Source of the DNA: an uncultured Celeribacter sp.
Lineage (GTDB): Bacteria > Pseudomonadota > Alphaproteobacteria > Rhodobacterales > Rhodobacteraceae
Length of the DNA: 57,599 bases
Assembly: GCA_938008015.1 (NCBI GenBank)
Contig: CALLMA010000021.1
Coordinates: 1 to 57,599, forward strand
Direction: 5' to 3'
The position numbers and the translations under genes are program-made. The notes beneath the pieces are model-generated. The model saw nothing but the letters and a program-made list of their open reading frames with translations. It was not told the origin of the DNA and searched no databases. How positions within the stretch are numbered: position 1 is the first letter of the stretch; every line of letters begins with the position of its first letter. Below are positions 1-9,642 of this stretch, in pieces.

Positions 1-1
1 C

Positions 2-1156
2 TCTTCAGCTTTAGATATGCACTGGATGTTTGCGGGTGCACGCGCGTTTAATCAAGATATCGGCGATTGGGATACGTCTTCCGTACAAATAATGAATCAC
101 ATGTTTTTCCAAACGCAGGCATTTGATCAAGATATTGGCGATTGGGATGTGGCCAATGTGACAACCTTTAAATCTATGTTCAACCAGTCGGAGGCGTTTA
201 ACCAAGATATCAGCGCATGGGATATAAGCTCGGCTCAAGATTTATCAAAGATGTTTCACGATGCGGAAAGCTTTAATCAAGATTTAGGTGATTGGGATAT
301 TTCCAATGTGGCGAATATGGAAGGTATTTTCGATGGTTCTGCAATGTCTGTCAGAAATATTGATGCCACACTGAATGGTTGGTACGAGCAAGCGCAAAAC
401 GGAGATGTTCAATCAGATATCGAAGTAGGGATTGAGGCGCTTTATGTGAGTGAAGATTCCTTGCAAGCGCGGCAATATTTTGAAAATGCGCATGGATGGG
501 AGTTTAAGGGCGGGCGTGACGTTGCGCTGGAGACAGAAGATGATTCTGCGCAGATGCAAGAAGATACTTCTTTAACAATTGCGATTGCAGATTTGCTAGC
601 AAACGATCCAGATTCAGCACAAGCAAGATATATCAGTTCTCAGACAAACAGTGGTACATTGATTGAAGACAGTCAAAATCTGACTTTTATCCCCGATCCT
701 GATTTCAATGGTGAAGCCTCGATTACATATCGAATTGAGGATGGTAATGGCGATATTGGTGAAGGTGAACTGATTGTTATGGTTGAAGCCATGGAAGATG
801 CCCCTGTTGCAATTGATGATACGGGGCGTTTGAATTCAGGGGATGTTGGATATTTCGATGTCATTGAGAACGACTATGATCCAGATGGCGATGCGTTAGA
901 AATCAGCATTGATGAGGTCTTCGGTGGTGAAGCCTCCGTCTCAGATAATCAAATTGTGTTTTCTGCCGAGGAAGGGTTCGTGGGTGAAGGGGAGGTTCTT
1001 TATCACATTCATGATGGGCATGGAAATTCTGATGCCGCTCGTTTGTCTTTAGATGTAAGTGAGCCTGAGGAAGAAGATTCTGATTCTGATTGGGATGACG
1101 TCTTCATGGCCCTGAGCGCGCTTAGCGCTCTTGGGGTGCTGGCTTTTATGACATGA
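2..1156 (+). CDS. Surface protein, 5'-truncated by the window edge: DUF285/BspA-like 25-aa repeats, two cadherin/Ig-like domains, C-terminal hydrophobic anchor
   Basis: Repeats of FNQDIGDWD-x-S-x-V-x-x-M-x-x-MF; DLLAND..F.P..DFNG..I.Y.I.DG and APVAIDD..DVIEND.DPDGD Ig-like motifs; frame is open from base 2 and the repeat pattern runs upstream of Met at 17. Confidence 0.8.
   Translation, partial: SSALDMHWMFAGARAFNQDIGDWDTSSVQIMNHMFFQTQAFDQDIGDWDVANVTTFKSMFNQSEAFNQDISAWDISSAQDLSKMFHDAESFNQDLGDWDISNVANMEGIFDGSAMSVRNIDATLNGWYEQAQNGDVQSDIEVGIEALYVSEDSLQARQYFENAHGWEFKGGRDVALETEDDSAQMQEDTSLTIAIADLLANDPDSAQARYISSQTNSGTLIEDSQNLTFIPDPDFNGEASITYRIEDGNGDIGEGELIVMVEAMEDAPVAIDDTGRLNSGDVGYFDVIENDYDPDGDALEISIDEVFGGEASVSDNQIVFSAEEGFVGEGEVLYHIHDGHGNSDAARLSLDVSEPEEEDSDSDWDDVFMALSALSALGVLAFMT
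47..298 (+). repeat. Coding tandem repeat, 75-bp period, four copies
   Basis: TTT(A/G)A(T/C)CAAGAT...TGGGAT recurs at 47, 122, 197 and 272. Confidence 0.9.
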
Positions 1157-1173
1157 AGATGGTCTCTTGCGTA

Positions 1174-3342
1174 TTATTTCCTGCGTTTGATGCCGCCGCG
1201 TTGCCCCGGCTTTCCAGCCTTTGATCGCCCTGATTTTTCTTGGGCTTTTTGTGCCGAAGCGGCGACAGCCTGTTGCCTTGCCATGGGGTCATCTGCGATT
1301 GCGAGGTCAACGGCTTCAAGGCGTTGGATTTCATCACGAAGACGTGCAGCTTCTTCAAACTCCAAGTTTTCTGCGGCTGTTTTCATGTCCGCTTTTAGGC
1401 CATCAAGAACTGCTTGTAGATTTTGCCCTGCGGCGGGTCTGTCGATCTGGGCTGTGACGCGGTTCATATCCACATCGCCTTTGTAGAGACCCGATAAAAT
1501 ATCTTCGACGTTTTTCTTAACCGTCTCAGGCGTAATCCCATGTTTTAGGTTGTAAGCGTGTTGTTTATCTCTGCGCCGTTCGGTTTCTTCGATTGCGCGC
1601 TCCATCGAGCCTGTAATTTTATCAGCATAAAGAATAACACGCCCCTCTGCATTTCTCGCCGCTCGACCGATGGTTTGAATGAGGGATGTCGTGGAACGAA
1701 GGAAGCCTTCTTTATCTGCGTCTAATATTGTCACCAACCCACACTCAGGGATATCAAGGCCCTCGCGCAAGAGGTTGATCCCAATAAGGACATCAAAAGC
1801 ACCAAGGCGAAGGTCTCGGAGGATTTCAATGCGCTCAATTGTATCAATATCTGAATGCATGTAGCGCACACGCACACCTTGCTCGTGAAGATATTCTGTG
1901 AGATCTTCTGACATGCGTTTTGTGAGAGTGGTGACGAGAACACGCTTATTTTCTTTGGCCATTTTCTTGACCTCATCCAAGAGATCATCGACCTGTGTAT
2001 CAACTGGGCGAATTTCGATTATTGGATCAAGAAGTCCGGTTGGACGAATAATTTGCTCGGTGAAAACGCCGCCTGTTTGTTCGAGCTCCCAATTGGCTGG
2101 GGTCGCGGAGACATAAACAGATTGTGGGCGCATTGCATCCCATTCTTCGAATTTCAAAGGGCGGTTGTCGATGCAAGAGGGCAGGCGGAAGCCATGCTCA
2201 GCGAGAACAGATTTGCGGCGAAAGTCCCCTCGGTACATGCCGCCAATTTGCGGCACGGAGACATGGCTTTCATCTGCAAATAATATGGCGTTATCTGGTA
2301 TGAATTCAAATAGAGTAGGGGGCGGTTCGCCAGGTCCGCGCCCTGTGAGGTAGCGCGAGTAGTTTTCGATTCCAGTGCAAAAGCCGGATGCTTCCAACAT
2401 TTCGAGATCAAAATTCGTGCGCTGCTCAAGACGCTGTGCTTCTAAGAGTTTGCCTTCATCGTTGAATTGATCAAGGCGTGTTTTAAGCTCGGTCTTAATG
2501 TTATCAATTGCTTGTTTGATCGTCGGCTTGGGTGTGACGTAATGACTGTTTGCGTAAATCCGAATTTTTTCAAAACTATCTGTTTTTTTGCCAGTCAGCG
2601 GATCAAACTCGGTGATGGCTTCAAGTTCCTCGCCAAAAAACGAAAGCCTCCAAGCGCGGTCGTCCATATGTGCGGGCCAAATTTCAAGGCTATCTCCGCG
2701 CACACGAAAAGAGCCTCGCTCAAATGCAGCGTCTTGGCGTCTGTATTGCTGCGCGACGAGGTCGCCCATGATTTGCCGCTGGTCGTATTCTTGGCCGACA
2801 ACCAAATCGATTGTCATCGCCATATATAACTCTGGCGAACCCAAGCCATAGATGCAAGAAACAGATGTAACAACGATCACATCATCGCGCTCAAGCAAGG
2901 CGCGGGTGGCCGAGTGGCGCATTCGGTTGATCTGTTCGTTAATTTGGCTTTCTTTTTCTATAAAGGTATCTGATCGCGCGACATAGGCTTCGGGCTGATA
3001 ATAATCATAATATGAAACGAAGTACTCAACGGCGTTATCGGGGAAAAAACCTTTCATCTCGCCGTAGAGCTGGGCGGCGAGGGTTTTGTTGGGGGCAAGA
3101 ATCACAGCAGGGCGCTGTGTGGTTTCAATGACTTTCGCCATTGTGAATGTTTTCCCTGTTCCTGTAGCGCCCAAGAGGACTTGATTTTGTTCTCCCGATT
3201 CGATGTTTTGAGAAAGTTCTTTTATCGCAGTAGGTTGATCCCCAGAGGGTTCAAATTCGGTCTGCATAACAAAGCGCTTTCCTCCCTCTAATTTGGAAAG
3301 CGTACCTATATTATTTGTTGAGAAACTATCTGCTACGGCCAT
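1174..3342 (-). CDS. uvrB: Excinuclease ABC subunit B
   Basis: [51 protein letters not shown]-terminal UVR domain [11 protein letters not shown]. Confidence 0.98.
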   Translation of the reverse strand: MAVADSFSTNNIGTLSKLEGGKRFVMQTEFEPSGDQPTAIKELSQNIESGEQNQVLLGATGTGKTFTMAKVIETTQRPAVILAPNKTLAAQLYGEMKGFFPDNAVEYFVSYYDYYQPEAYVARSDTFIEKESQINEQINRMRHSATRALLERDDVIVVTSVSCIYGLGSPELYMAMTIDLVVGQEYDQRQIMGDLVAQQYRRQDAAFERGSFRVRGDSLEIWPAHMDDRAWRLSFFGEELEAITEFDPLTGKKTDSFEKIRIYANSHYVTPKPTIKQAIDNIKTELKTRLDQFNDEGKLLEAQRLEQRTNFDLEMLEASGFCTGIENYSRYLTGRGPGEPPPTLFEFIPDNAILFADESHVSVPQIGGMYRGDFRRKSVLAEHGFRLPSCIDNRPLKFEEWDAMRPQSVYVSATPANWELEQTGGVFTEQIIRPTGLLDPIIEIRPVDTQVDDLLDEVKKMAKENKRVLVTTLTKRMSEDLTEYLHEQGVRVRYMHSDIDTIERIEILRDLRLGAFDVLIGINLLREGLDIPECGLVTILDADKEGFLRSTTSLIQTIGRAARNAEGRVILYADKITGSMERAIEETERRRDKQHAYNLKHGITPETVKKNVEDILSGLYKGDVDMNRVTAQIDRPAAGQNLQAVLDGLKADMKTAAENLEFEEAARLRDEIQRLEAVDLAIADDPMARQQAVAASAQKAQEKSGRSKAGKPGQRGGIKRRK

Positions 3343-3519
3343 AAATGCTACTTTTCGAGTTCTTGATGCTTAAAATAATATAAGGTTTGTTCGGCTGTGG
3401 GTACATATTTATTGTGTATTTTTATTTTTATATCAGCAGATTACCTGAGTTGTTAATAAAAGATTACTATTTATTGGTGTTTTCGTAGAAAATAAAAACA
3501 ACCTTAAGATTAATTTTTC

Positions 3520-3548
3520 TTGTAATTGTCTATAACGCTGGCTATAAA
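3520..3548 (+). promoter_or_regulatory. Putative sigma70 promoter TTGTAA-N17-TATAAA
   Basis: Hexamers at 3520-3525 and 3543-3548, immediately upstream of the 3567-3627 hairpin. Confidence 0.45.
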
Positions 3549-3554
3549 AAAATC

Positions 3555-3630
3555 ACACTACACAATAAGACACTCCGAGACTTTCACCCCCACATACCCA
3601 CCCCACCCTAAAGTCTCGGAGTGTCTTTAA
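3555..3630 (+). ncRNA. Candidate small RNA or structured leader: perfect 18-bp stem with 25-nt C-rich loop
   Basis: AAGACACTCCGAGACTTT (3567-3584) and AAAGTCTCGGAGTGTCTT (3610-3627) are exact reverse complements; upstream promoter-like motif. Confidence 0.45.
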
Positions 3631-3752
3631 TTCCCCACAACATTGCGAACATATCTGCCTGTGTATTTACAAGGTATTAGGGCTAGCGTATGCCCTTTTG
3701 AAATTAGAAAGCGCAGTGCTTTAAACCTCAATAAGATGTGATACGGTTCCAG

Positions 3753-4400
3753 ATGAGTAGTGACTATTGCCCGCCCAACACCCCGCTTGAGATCGTGCAT
3801 CATGATCATGAATTATTGATCGTGAATAAGCCATCTGGCCTATTATCTGTGCCAGGGAAGGGAGAGCATCTTGCCGATTGTTTGATCGCGCGTGTTCAAG
3901 CTGCTTTTCCGGAAGCTTTGCTTATTCATCGTCTTGATCGTGATACATCGGGGGTTATGGCTTTTGCACTCACGCCTCATGCACAACGTCATATTGGTTT
4001 GCAGTTTGAAAAACGACAAACGAAGAAAACATATATCGCGTGGGTGCATGGAGAGGTTCAAGAAAAAACGGGAACTGTTGATCTGCCCTTAATTGTCGAT
4101 TGGCCTAATCGCCCGCGCCAAAAAGTATGCCATGAGACGGGAAAACAAGCTGTCACAGATTGGCGCGTTGTACGCTATGATAACGGGCAAACGAAGGTGC
4201 GCCTTTATCCGCAAACGGGCCGATCGCATCAGTTGCGCGTTCATATGCTCGCATTGGGTCATCCTATTATGGGCGACCCTTTCTATGCCACAGGTGAGGC
4301 GCTCAATGCACCGCGTTTGATGCTCCATGCTGAACAGTTAAAATTGCGCCATCCTGATGGTGGGCAGGGGATGAACTTTAAATCCAAGTGCCCATTTTAG
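3753..4400 (+). CDS. rluA: RluA-family RNA pseudouridine synthase
   Basis: VNKPSGLLSVPG, HRLDRDTSG (catalytic Asp), TGRSHQLRVH; ATG at 3753 preferred over GTG at 3738. Confidence 0.92.
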   Translation: MSSDYCPPNTPLEIVHHDHELLIVNKPSGLLSVPGKGEHLADCLIARVQAAFPEALLIHRLDRDTSGVMAFALTPHAQRHIGLQFEKRQTKKTYIAWVHGEVQEKTGTVDLPLIVDWPNRPRQKVCHETGKQAVTDWRVVRYDNGQTKVRLYPQTGRSHQLRVHMLALGHPIMGDPFYATGEALNAPRLMLHAEQLKLRHPDGGQGMNFKSKCPF

Positions 4401-4443
4401 GCGGCAAGCGGCAGGTTAGGTTTATTGCTCGTTTCGCAATGAT

Positions 4444-5853
4444 TTAACACTCGGGTAAATTCACGGCGATGCCGCCAGTGGAGGTTTCTTTATATTTGAG
4501 ATTCATATCTCGGCCAGTCTGCAACATCACTTCAATACAATTGTCGAGGGGCATGAAATGGCTTCCATCACCGCGCATAGCAAGCGAGGCGGCCGATACG
4601 GCCTTGATGGCGCCGAGGGCATTGCGTTCGATACAAGGAACTTGGACTAAGCCTGCCGCAGGATCACATGTCATGCCGAGATGGTGCTCAAGCGCGATTT
4701 CGGCAGCATTTTCAATTTGTTCGTTCGTTCCACCCAGTGCGGCACAAAGCCCTGCCGCCGCCATTGCAGCTGCGGAGCCAACTTCGCCCTGACATCCCAC
4801 TTCGGCTCCTGAGATTGACGCATTATGCTTGATTAAGCCGCCAATGGCTGCGGCGACTAAGAGGAAGTCACGTTGACGTTCGCGCGTCGCTCCAATGCAA
4901 TGATCTCGGTAATACCGAAGGACAGCAGGGATAACGCCCGCCGCGCCATTGGTCGGCGATGTGACAACGCGCCCTCCCGCAGCATTTTCTTCATTAACGG
5001 CAATTGCATAAACGCTCATCCAATCGTTGATTTGATGGGGGTTGCTGAAGTTATTGCCTTTTTCCGCAAGCAGTTTTTCATGTATGGATTTTGCCCGGCG
5101 TTTGACATTAAGCCCGCCTGGCAAAATGCCCTCTTGCGCAAGGCCACGATCGACAACTTGATCCATTGTATCGAGGATGTGGTCGATCTTCTCGTCAAGA
5201 GCTGAGCCGTGACGCTTCATCTCGTTTGCGCGCTTCATTTTTGCAATGCTACTGTTGGAGTTTTGCCCCATCTTCAACATATCTTTTGCTGTATTGAAGG
5301 GGTAGGGGAAGGGGATCTCATCTTCTTTTGGCGCTTTGTTTTTCTTTGGAAGATCTCGTCCCTTGAGCTCATCTTCGGTTAAAATAAAGCCGCCGCCTAC
5401 TGAATAATAGGTTTGCATATAATAATTATTGCCGTTTTCATCATGTGCGCGAATGATCATACCATTGGCATGGCCCTCAAGCGGTTTCCCATAATAGAAT
5501 GTGAGGTTGCTTTTCGGATGAAAAATGAGCTTTCCTAAGCCCTCAGGCTCTATAAAGCCTTTTTCATAGACCTGCTTTTCAATGTCTTCGGCTTTATCTG
5601 GGTCTAGGTTTTGAGGCGTATATCCGCACAGGCCTAATATGACGGCACGATCTGTGGCATGGCCTTTGCCCGTAAAAGCGAGGGAGCCATAAAGGGTGAC
5701 ACTGATGGAATGTAACTCCCCTGCGCCAGGGATGCGATCAACGCCGGCGCGCAGGTCATTCAAGAAGCGCTCTGCTGCGACCATGGGCCCCATTGTATGC
5801 GAAGACGAAGGGCCAATGCCCACCTTGAAGATATCAAATACGGATAAGAACAA
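4444..5853 (-). CDS. sdaA: L-serine ammonia-lyase (Fe-S dependent, single chain)
   Basis: [63 protein letters not shown]. Confidence 0.96.
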   Translation of the reverse strand: MFLSVFDIFKVGIGPSSSHTMGPMVAAERFLNDLRAGVDRIPGAGELHSISVTLYGSLAFTGKGHATDRAVILGLCGYTPQNLDPDKAEDIEKQVYEKGFIEPEGLGKLIFHPKSNLTFYYGKPLEGHANGMIIRAHDENGNNYYMQTYYSVGGGFILTEDELKGRDLPKKNKAPKEDEIPFPYPFNTAKDMLKMGQNSNSSIAKMKRANEMKRHGSALDEKIDHILDTMDQVVDRGLAQEGILPGGLNVKRRAKSIHEKLLAEKGNNFSNPHQINDWMSVYAIAVNEENAAGGRVVTSPTNGAAGVIPAVLRYYRDHCIGATRERQRDFLLVAAAIGGLIKHNASISGAEVGCQGEVGSAAAMAAAGLCAALGGTNEQIENAAEIALEHHLGMTCDPAAGLVQVPCIERNALGAIKAVSAASLAMRGDGSHFMPLDNCIEVMLQTGRDMNLKYKETSTGGIAVNLPEC

Positions 5854-5957
5854 AGCAAACCCTCCCTATGCAATGTATGCTCTATGGTTAGGGTAAAATA
5901 TTTACCGCTGTCAAAAGAAATATTGCAAACTATCCCAAGAGCTTAGTTGAGTTTTCT

Positions 5958-7913
5958 TTAAACATCTAATTCTTCAACAAATTGCGCGTTGGCTTGGATG
6001 TATTGAAAGCGTAGCTCCGGTTTTTTGCCCATGAGTTGCTCGACGAGTTTCGTTGTCTCGCCCGGTTCATCTTCATCAATGGTGACACGGATAAGTTTGC
6101 GTGTCTTTGGATCCATCGTGGTCTCTTTAAGATCTTTCGCGTCCATTTCGCCCAAGCCCTTAAAGCGCGATACATCAATTTTCCCTCTCCCCCCGAGGCC
6201 TTTTTCGAGCCATTCATCGCGCTCTTGTTCGTCTAGGCAATAGACGCGTTTTGCGCCTTGTGTGAGGCGATAAAGAGGCGGGCACGCCAGATAGAGGTGG
6301 CCTTGATCAATCAGTGGGCGCATCTGAGTGTAAAAGAATGTCATCAAAAGCGAGGCGATATGGGCCCCATCGACATCCGCATCTGTCATGATGATGATTT
6401 TATCATAGCGCAGATCATCGACATTGAACTTCCGCCCCATGCCAGCACCAAGCGCTTCACAGAGATCGGAAATTTCAGCGTTGGTTGAAATCTTATTTGA
6501 AGCAGCGCCTAACACATTGAGGATTTTGCCTTTGAGTGGCAAAAGGGCCTGAGTTTCACGTTTGCGCGCGCCTTTTGCTGATCCTCCCGCAGAATCACCC
6601 TCTACGATAAAGAGCTCTGTACCAGCACGATCTTTGGATGTGCAGTCTGTGAGTTTGCCAGGGAGGCGTAATTTTTTAGTGGCTGATTTGCGCTGTGTTT
6701 CTTTTTCTTGGCGCCTACGCATGCGTTCTTCTGCGCGTAAAACTACGAAATCTAAGATCGCCCCTGCTGACTTCGTATCTGCTGCCAACCAGTTGTCGAA
6801 ATGATCTCGAACAGAGTTCTCGACCAATCGCCCAGCTTCCGTTGTTGCAAGGCGGTCTTTGGTTTGGCCGACAAATTCAGGCTCGCGAATAAAGCATGAA
6901 ACAAGAGCGCAACCGCCAGTGGTGAGATCATCACGCGTTATGTCTTTTGCCTTCTTATTGCCGACAAGTTCGCCATAAGCTTTGATGCCTTTTAAAATTG
7001 CCGCCCAAAAGCCAGATTCATGCGTCCCACCCTCAGGGGTTGGAACGGTGTTACAATAAGACTGGATAAAACCATCGCGAGAGGGGGTCCAATTGATGGC
7101 CCATTCCACTTTGCCGGGCGTATTAAAACGCTCTGCAAAAGAGACAGTGCCTGCGAATGGTTTTTCAGAATATGTCGAAGCTGAACCTAGGCTTTCTGTG
7201 AGATAATCCGCAAGGCCGCCTGGGAAGTGGAAAATAGCTGTTTTTGGCGTTTCGCCATCATCAATTTCTGTTTTCCAGCGAATTTCAACTCCGGAAAAGA
7301 GGTAGGCTTTCGAGCGTGCTAGGGTGAATAGGCGTTTAGGTTTAAAGCGATGTGCGCCAAAAATCTGATCATCGGCGCTAAATGTAACAGATGTGCCGCG
7401 GCGATTTGGCGCAGCGCCCACTTTTTCAACGGGGCCAAGTGGCAAGCCGCGTGAGAAGCGTTGCTCGAAGAGTTCTTTATTTTTGGCAACTTGAACAATC
7501 ATAGTTTCAGAAAGCGCATTGACAACGGATGAACCCACACCGTGCAAACCGCCAGATGTTTCATAGGCCTTTCCAGAAAATTTGCCGCCCGAGTGCAAGG
7601 TGCATAAAATCACCTCTAGGGCTGATTTTCCTGGAAATTTAGGATGCGGATCAATTGGGATGCCGCGCCCATTATCTGTGACTGTGATAGAATAATCGGC
7701 GTGCAAGGTCAGCTCAATGCGGTTGGCATGGCCTGCAACGGCTTCATCCATGGAGTTATCTAGGATTTCGGCAACGAGGTGATGGAGCGCACGTTCGTCT
7801 GTGCCCCCAATATACATACCAGGACGCTTGCGAACAGGCTCTAAACCTTCGAGGACTTCGATCGAAGAGGCATCATATTCAGCGGTTTGACCATTTAAAA
7901 GATCATCAGACAT
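5958..7913 (-). CDS. parE: DNA topoisomerase IV subunit B
   Basis: LEGLEPVRKRPGMYIG, EILDNSMDE, SGGLHGVG, IVEGDSAGGS, MTDADVDG, RFKGLGEM; 651 aa without the long GyrB insertion. Confidence 0.95.
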   Translation of the reverse strand: MSDDLLNGQTAEYDASSIEVLEGLEPVRKRPGMYIGGTDERALHHLVAEILDNSMDEAVAGHANRIELTLHADYSITVTDNGRGIPIDPHPKFPGKSALEVILCTLHSGGKFSGKAYETSGGLHGVGSSVVNALSETMIVQVAKNKELFEQRFSRGLPLGPVEKVGAAPNRRGTSVTFSADDQIFGAHRFKPKRLFTLARSKAYLFSGVEIRWKTEIDDGETPKTAIFHFPGGLADYLTESLGSASTYSEKPFAGTVSFAERFNTPGKVEWAINWTPSRDGFIQSYCNTVPTPEGGTHESGFWAAILKGIKAYGELVGNKKAKDITRDDLTTGGCALVSCFIREPEFVGQTKDRLATTEAGRLVENSVRDHFDNWLAADTKSAGAILDFVVLRAEERMRRRQEKETQRKSATKKLRLPGKLTDCTSKDRAGTELFIVEGDSAGGSAKGARKRETQALLPLKGKILNVLGAASNKISTNAEISDLCEALGAGMGRKFNVDDLRYDKIIIMTDADVDGAHIASLLMTFFYTQMRPLIDQGHLYLACPPLYRLTQGAKRVYCLDEQERDEWLEKGLGGRGKIDVSRFKGLGEMDAKDLKETTMDPKTRKLIRVTIDEDEPGETTKLVEQLMGKKPELRFQYIQANAQFVEELDV

Positions 7914-8162
7914 GTATAGCTCGATTCATATTGTTTATTTGCCGTGATTAGAACATTGGAAATGCGAAGGTGCAAGCGAGTGTCATCAATATATAGAAAT
8001 TCAGCTTAAAAACTATGAGAAAACCCGCAAATTAAATCACGAACGGCTAAGTTTGACCTCAGAATTGATATAAAATTGAGATGGATAGAAGAATATTTGA
8101 TTTTCTGCTTGCAAAGCCTCTCTCGCTTTCGTATTTCACGGCTGATCACGAAAATGATCTGC

Positions 8163-8238
8163 AGGGGTATAGCTCAGTTGGTAGAGCGACGGTCTCCAAA
8201 ACCGTAGGTCCCGGGTTCGAGCCCTGGTGCCCCTGCCA
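8163..8238 (+). tRNA. trpT: tRNA-Trp (CCA)
   Basis: 76-nt cloverleaf AGGGGTA...TGCCCCTGCCA, D-arm AGCTCAGTTGGTAGAGC, anticodon loop CTCCAAA, T-loop GGTTCGA; next to secE-nusG. Confidence 0.97.
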
Positions 8239-8410
8239 AAAAATCACAAATATTTTGATCCATTCTATGTCAGTCACTCGAATACGCCTATTTATGTGGT
8301 TTTGCTTTTGTATTGTTGCTTTAAAGCGTAGCGATTGAGTTCATGGGGTTGAATTTAGTTTTAAGCTATATTAAATCGCACAAAAGATATTAAACGATCG
8401 GGAAGATATC

Positions 8411-8611
8411 ATGGCTGTAAAAACAAATCCGCTACAATTCATCCAGCAAGTGCGCTCAGAAGTAGCAAAAATTGTTTGGCCAACGCGCCGTGAAGTAATT
8501 TTGACAACTGTCATGGTGTTTGTGCTTGCTGCACTCACTGCAACGTTTTTCTTTACCGTTGACCTCTTGATCCGCTTTGGATTGCAAGAGTTGCTGAACT
8601 TCTTCGGATAA
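8411..8611 (+). CDS. secE: Preprotein translocase subunit SecE
   Basis: FIQQVRSEVAKIVWPTRRE followed by one TM helix; lies between tRNA-Trp and nusG. Confidence 0.96.
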   Translation: MAVKTNPLQFIQQVRSEVAKIVWPTRREVILTTVMVFVLAALTATFFFTVDLLIRFGLQELLNFFG

Positions 8612-8825
8612 AAATCTCCTTAAGTTTTACGCTGTGAAGGGATTCTCATTTTCTTTTTAGCGTGTCGTTAAATCTGCAATATTACGACCGATTTGGATGG
8701 ATATGAATGCATGGTTATGACTCGAAGCTTTGAGTGATCATTATGTATAGATAATATGATTTAAAATCTTACGAAGGCTTGAAATCATTTTCTACAAATT
8801 GTATTTCGTCTGAAATAGACGGTTG

Positions 8826-8857
8826 ATGCGCATTGATTCGATGCGCATTTTTGTTTG
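8826..8857 (+). promoter_or_regulatory. Terminator-like hairpin in the nusG leader
   Basis: ATGCGCATTG-ATT-CGATGCGCAT followed by TTTTGTTTG, just downstream of TTGAAA-N17-TATTTC (8779-8807). Confidence 0.45.
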
Positions 8858-8954
8858 TGAATAAAATTAGTGTAATCTGCTAATAAAATGAAAACTAAAT
8901 ATAACTAAGATTATCCTCTTTGAGGGTGTCGGAAAATCGAAAAGGCATTGATAG

Positions 8955-9491
8955 ATGGCAAAGCGTTGGTACTCAGTGAGTGTTCTTTCAAACTTTGAGA
9001 AAAAAGTAGCCGAATCGATTAAGACAACGGCAGAAGAAAAGGGTCTTCAGCATTTGATTGAAGAGGTCCTTGTTCCGACTGAAGAGGTTATCGAAGTGCG
9101 CCGTGGTAAAAAAGTGACCACAGAGCGTCGCTTTATGCCGGGTTATGTTTTGGTTCGCATGGAAATGACGGATGAAGGCTATCACCTTATCAATTCAACA
9201 AATCGCGTCACAGGGTTCTTAGGTTCTTTTGGCAAACCAATGCCAATGCGTGATAGTGAAGTTGAAGCAATATTAGGCCGCGTTGAAGAAGCTGCGGAAG
9301 CTCCTAGATCTGAAATTATGTTCGAAGTTGGTGAGCAGGTTGCTGTTGCCGAAGGTGCATTCGAAGGCTTTGATGGTGTGGTTGAAGAGGTTGATGCGGC
9401 AAGCCAGCGCTTAAAAGTATCCGTCTCTATTTTTGGTCGTGCGACACCTGTAGAACTTGAATATACACAAGTTGCTAAAAATCGTACATAA
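8955..9491 (+). CDS. nusG: Transcription termination/antitermination factor NusG
   Basis: WYSVSVLSNFEKKV, FMPGYVLV, KOW domain and SIFGRATPVELE. Confidence 0.98.
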   Translation: MAKRWYSVSVLSNFEKKVAESIKTTAEEKGLQHLIEEVLVPTEEVIEVRRGKKVTTERRFMPGYVLVRMEMTDEGYHLINSTNRVTGFLGSFGKPMPMRDSEVEAILGRVEEAAEAPRSEIMFEVGEQVAVAEGAFEGFDGVVEEVDAASQRLKVSVSIFGRATPVELEYTQVAKNRT

Positions 9492-9642
9492 ATATCAAAG
9501 CCCAATTAAGGTCCTATTAAATACCAAAGCGTAAAACAGTCCTGTGCAAAGATACTTGCATGTGGGGTTTTAGGCTGTGGTGTGTGGTTGATGGTATCGT
9601 AGATACACTTCCGCAGTCTATTTTGATTGTGGGAGTGTACAT

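Noticed and set aside
47-298. Regularly spaced ~27-bp repeats resembling a CRISPR array
   Set aside because: The 75-bp period is in frame, copies vary at synonymous positions and encode DUF285 repeats; no cas genes
3389-3404. LexA box upstream of uvrB (GTTC-N8-GTAC)
   Set aside because: Alphaproteobacterial SOS boxes have a 7-nt spacer; this one has 8
8081-8338. 85-aa ORF
   Set aside because: Spans the tRNA-Trp gene; spurious
8238-8410. tRNA-Trp as an integration site for an island
   Set aside because: secE follows directly; I saw no duplicated tRNA 3' end and there is no integrase in the window
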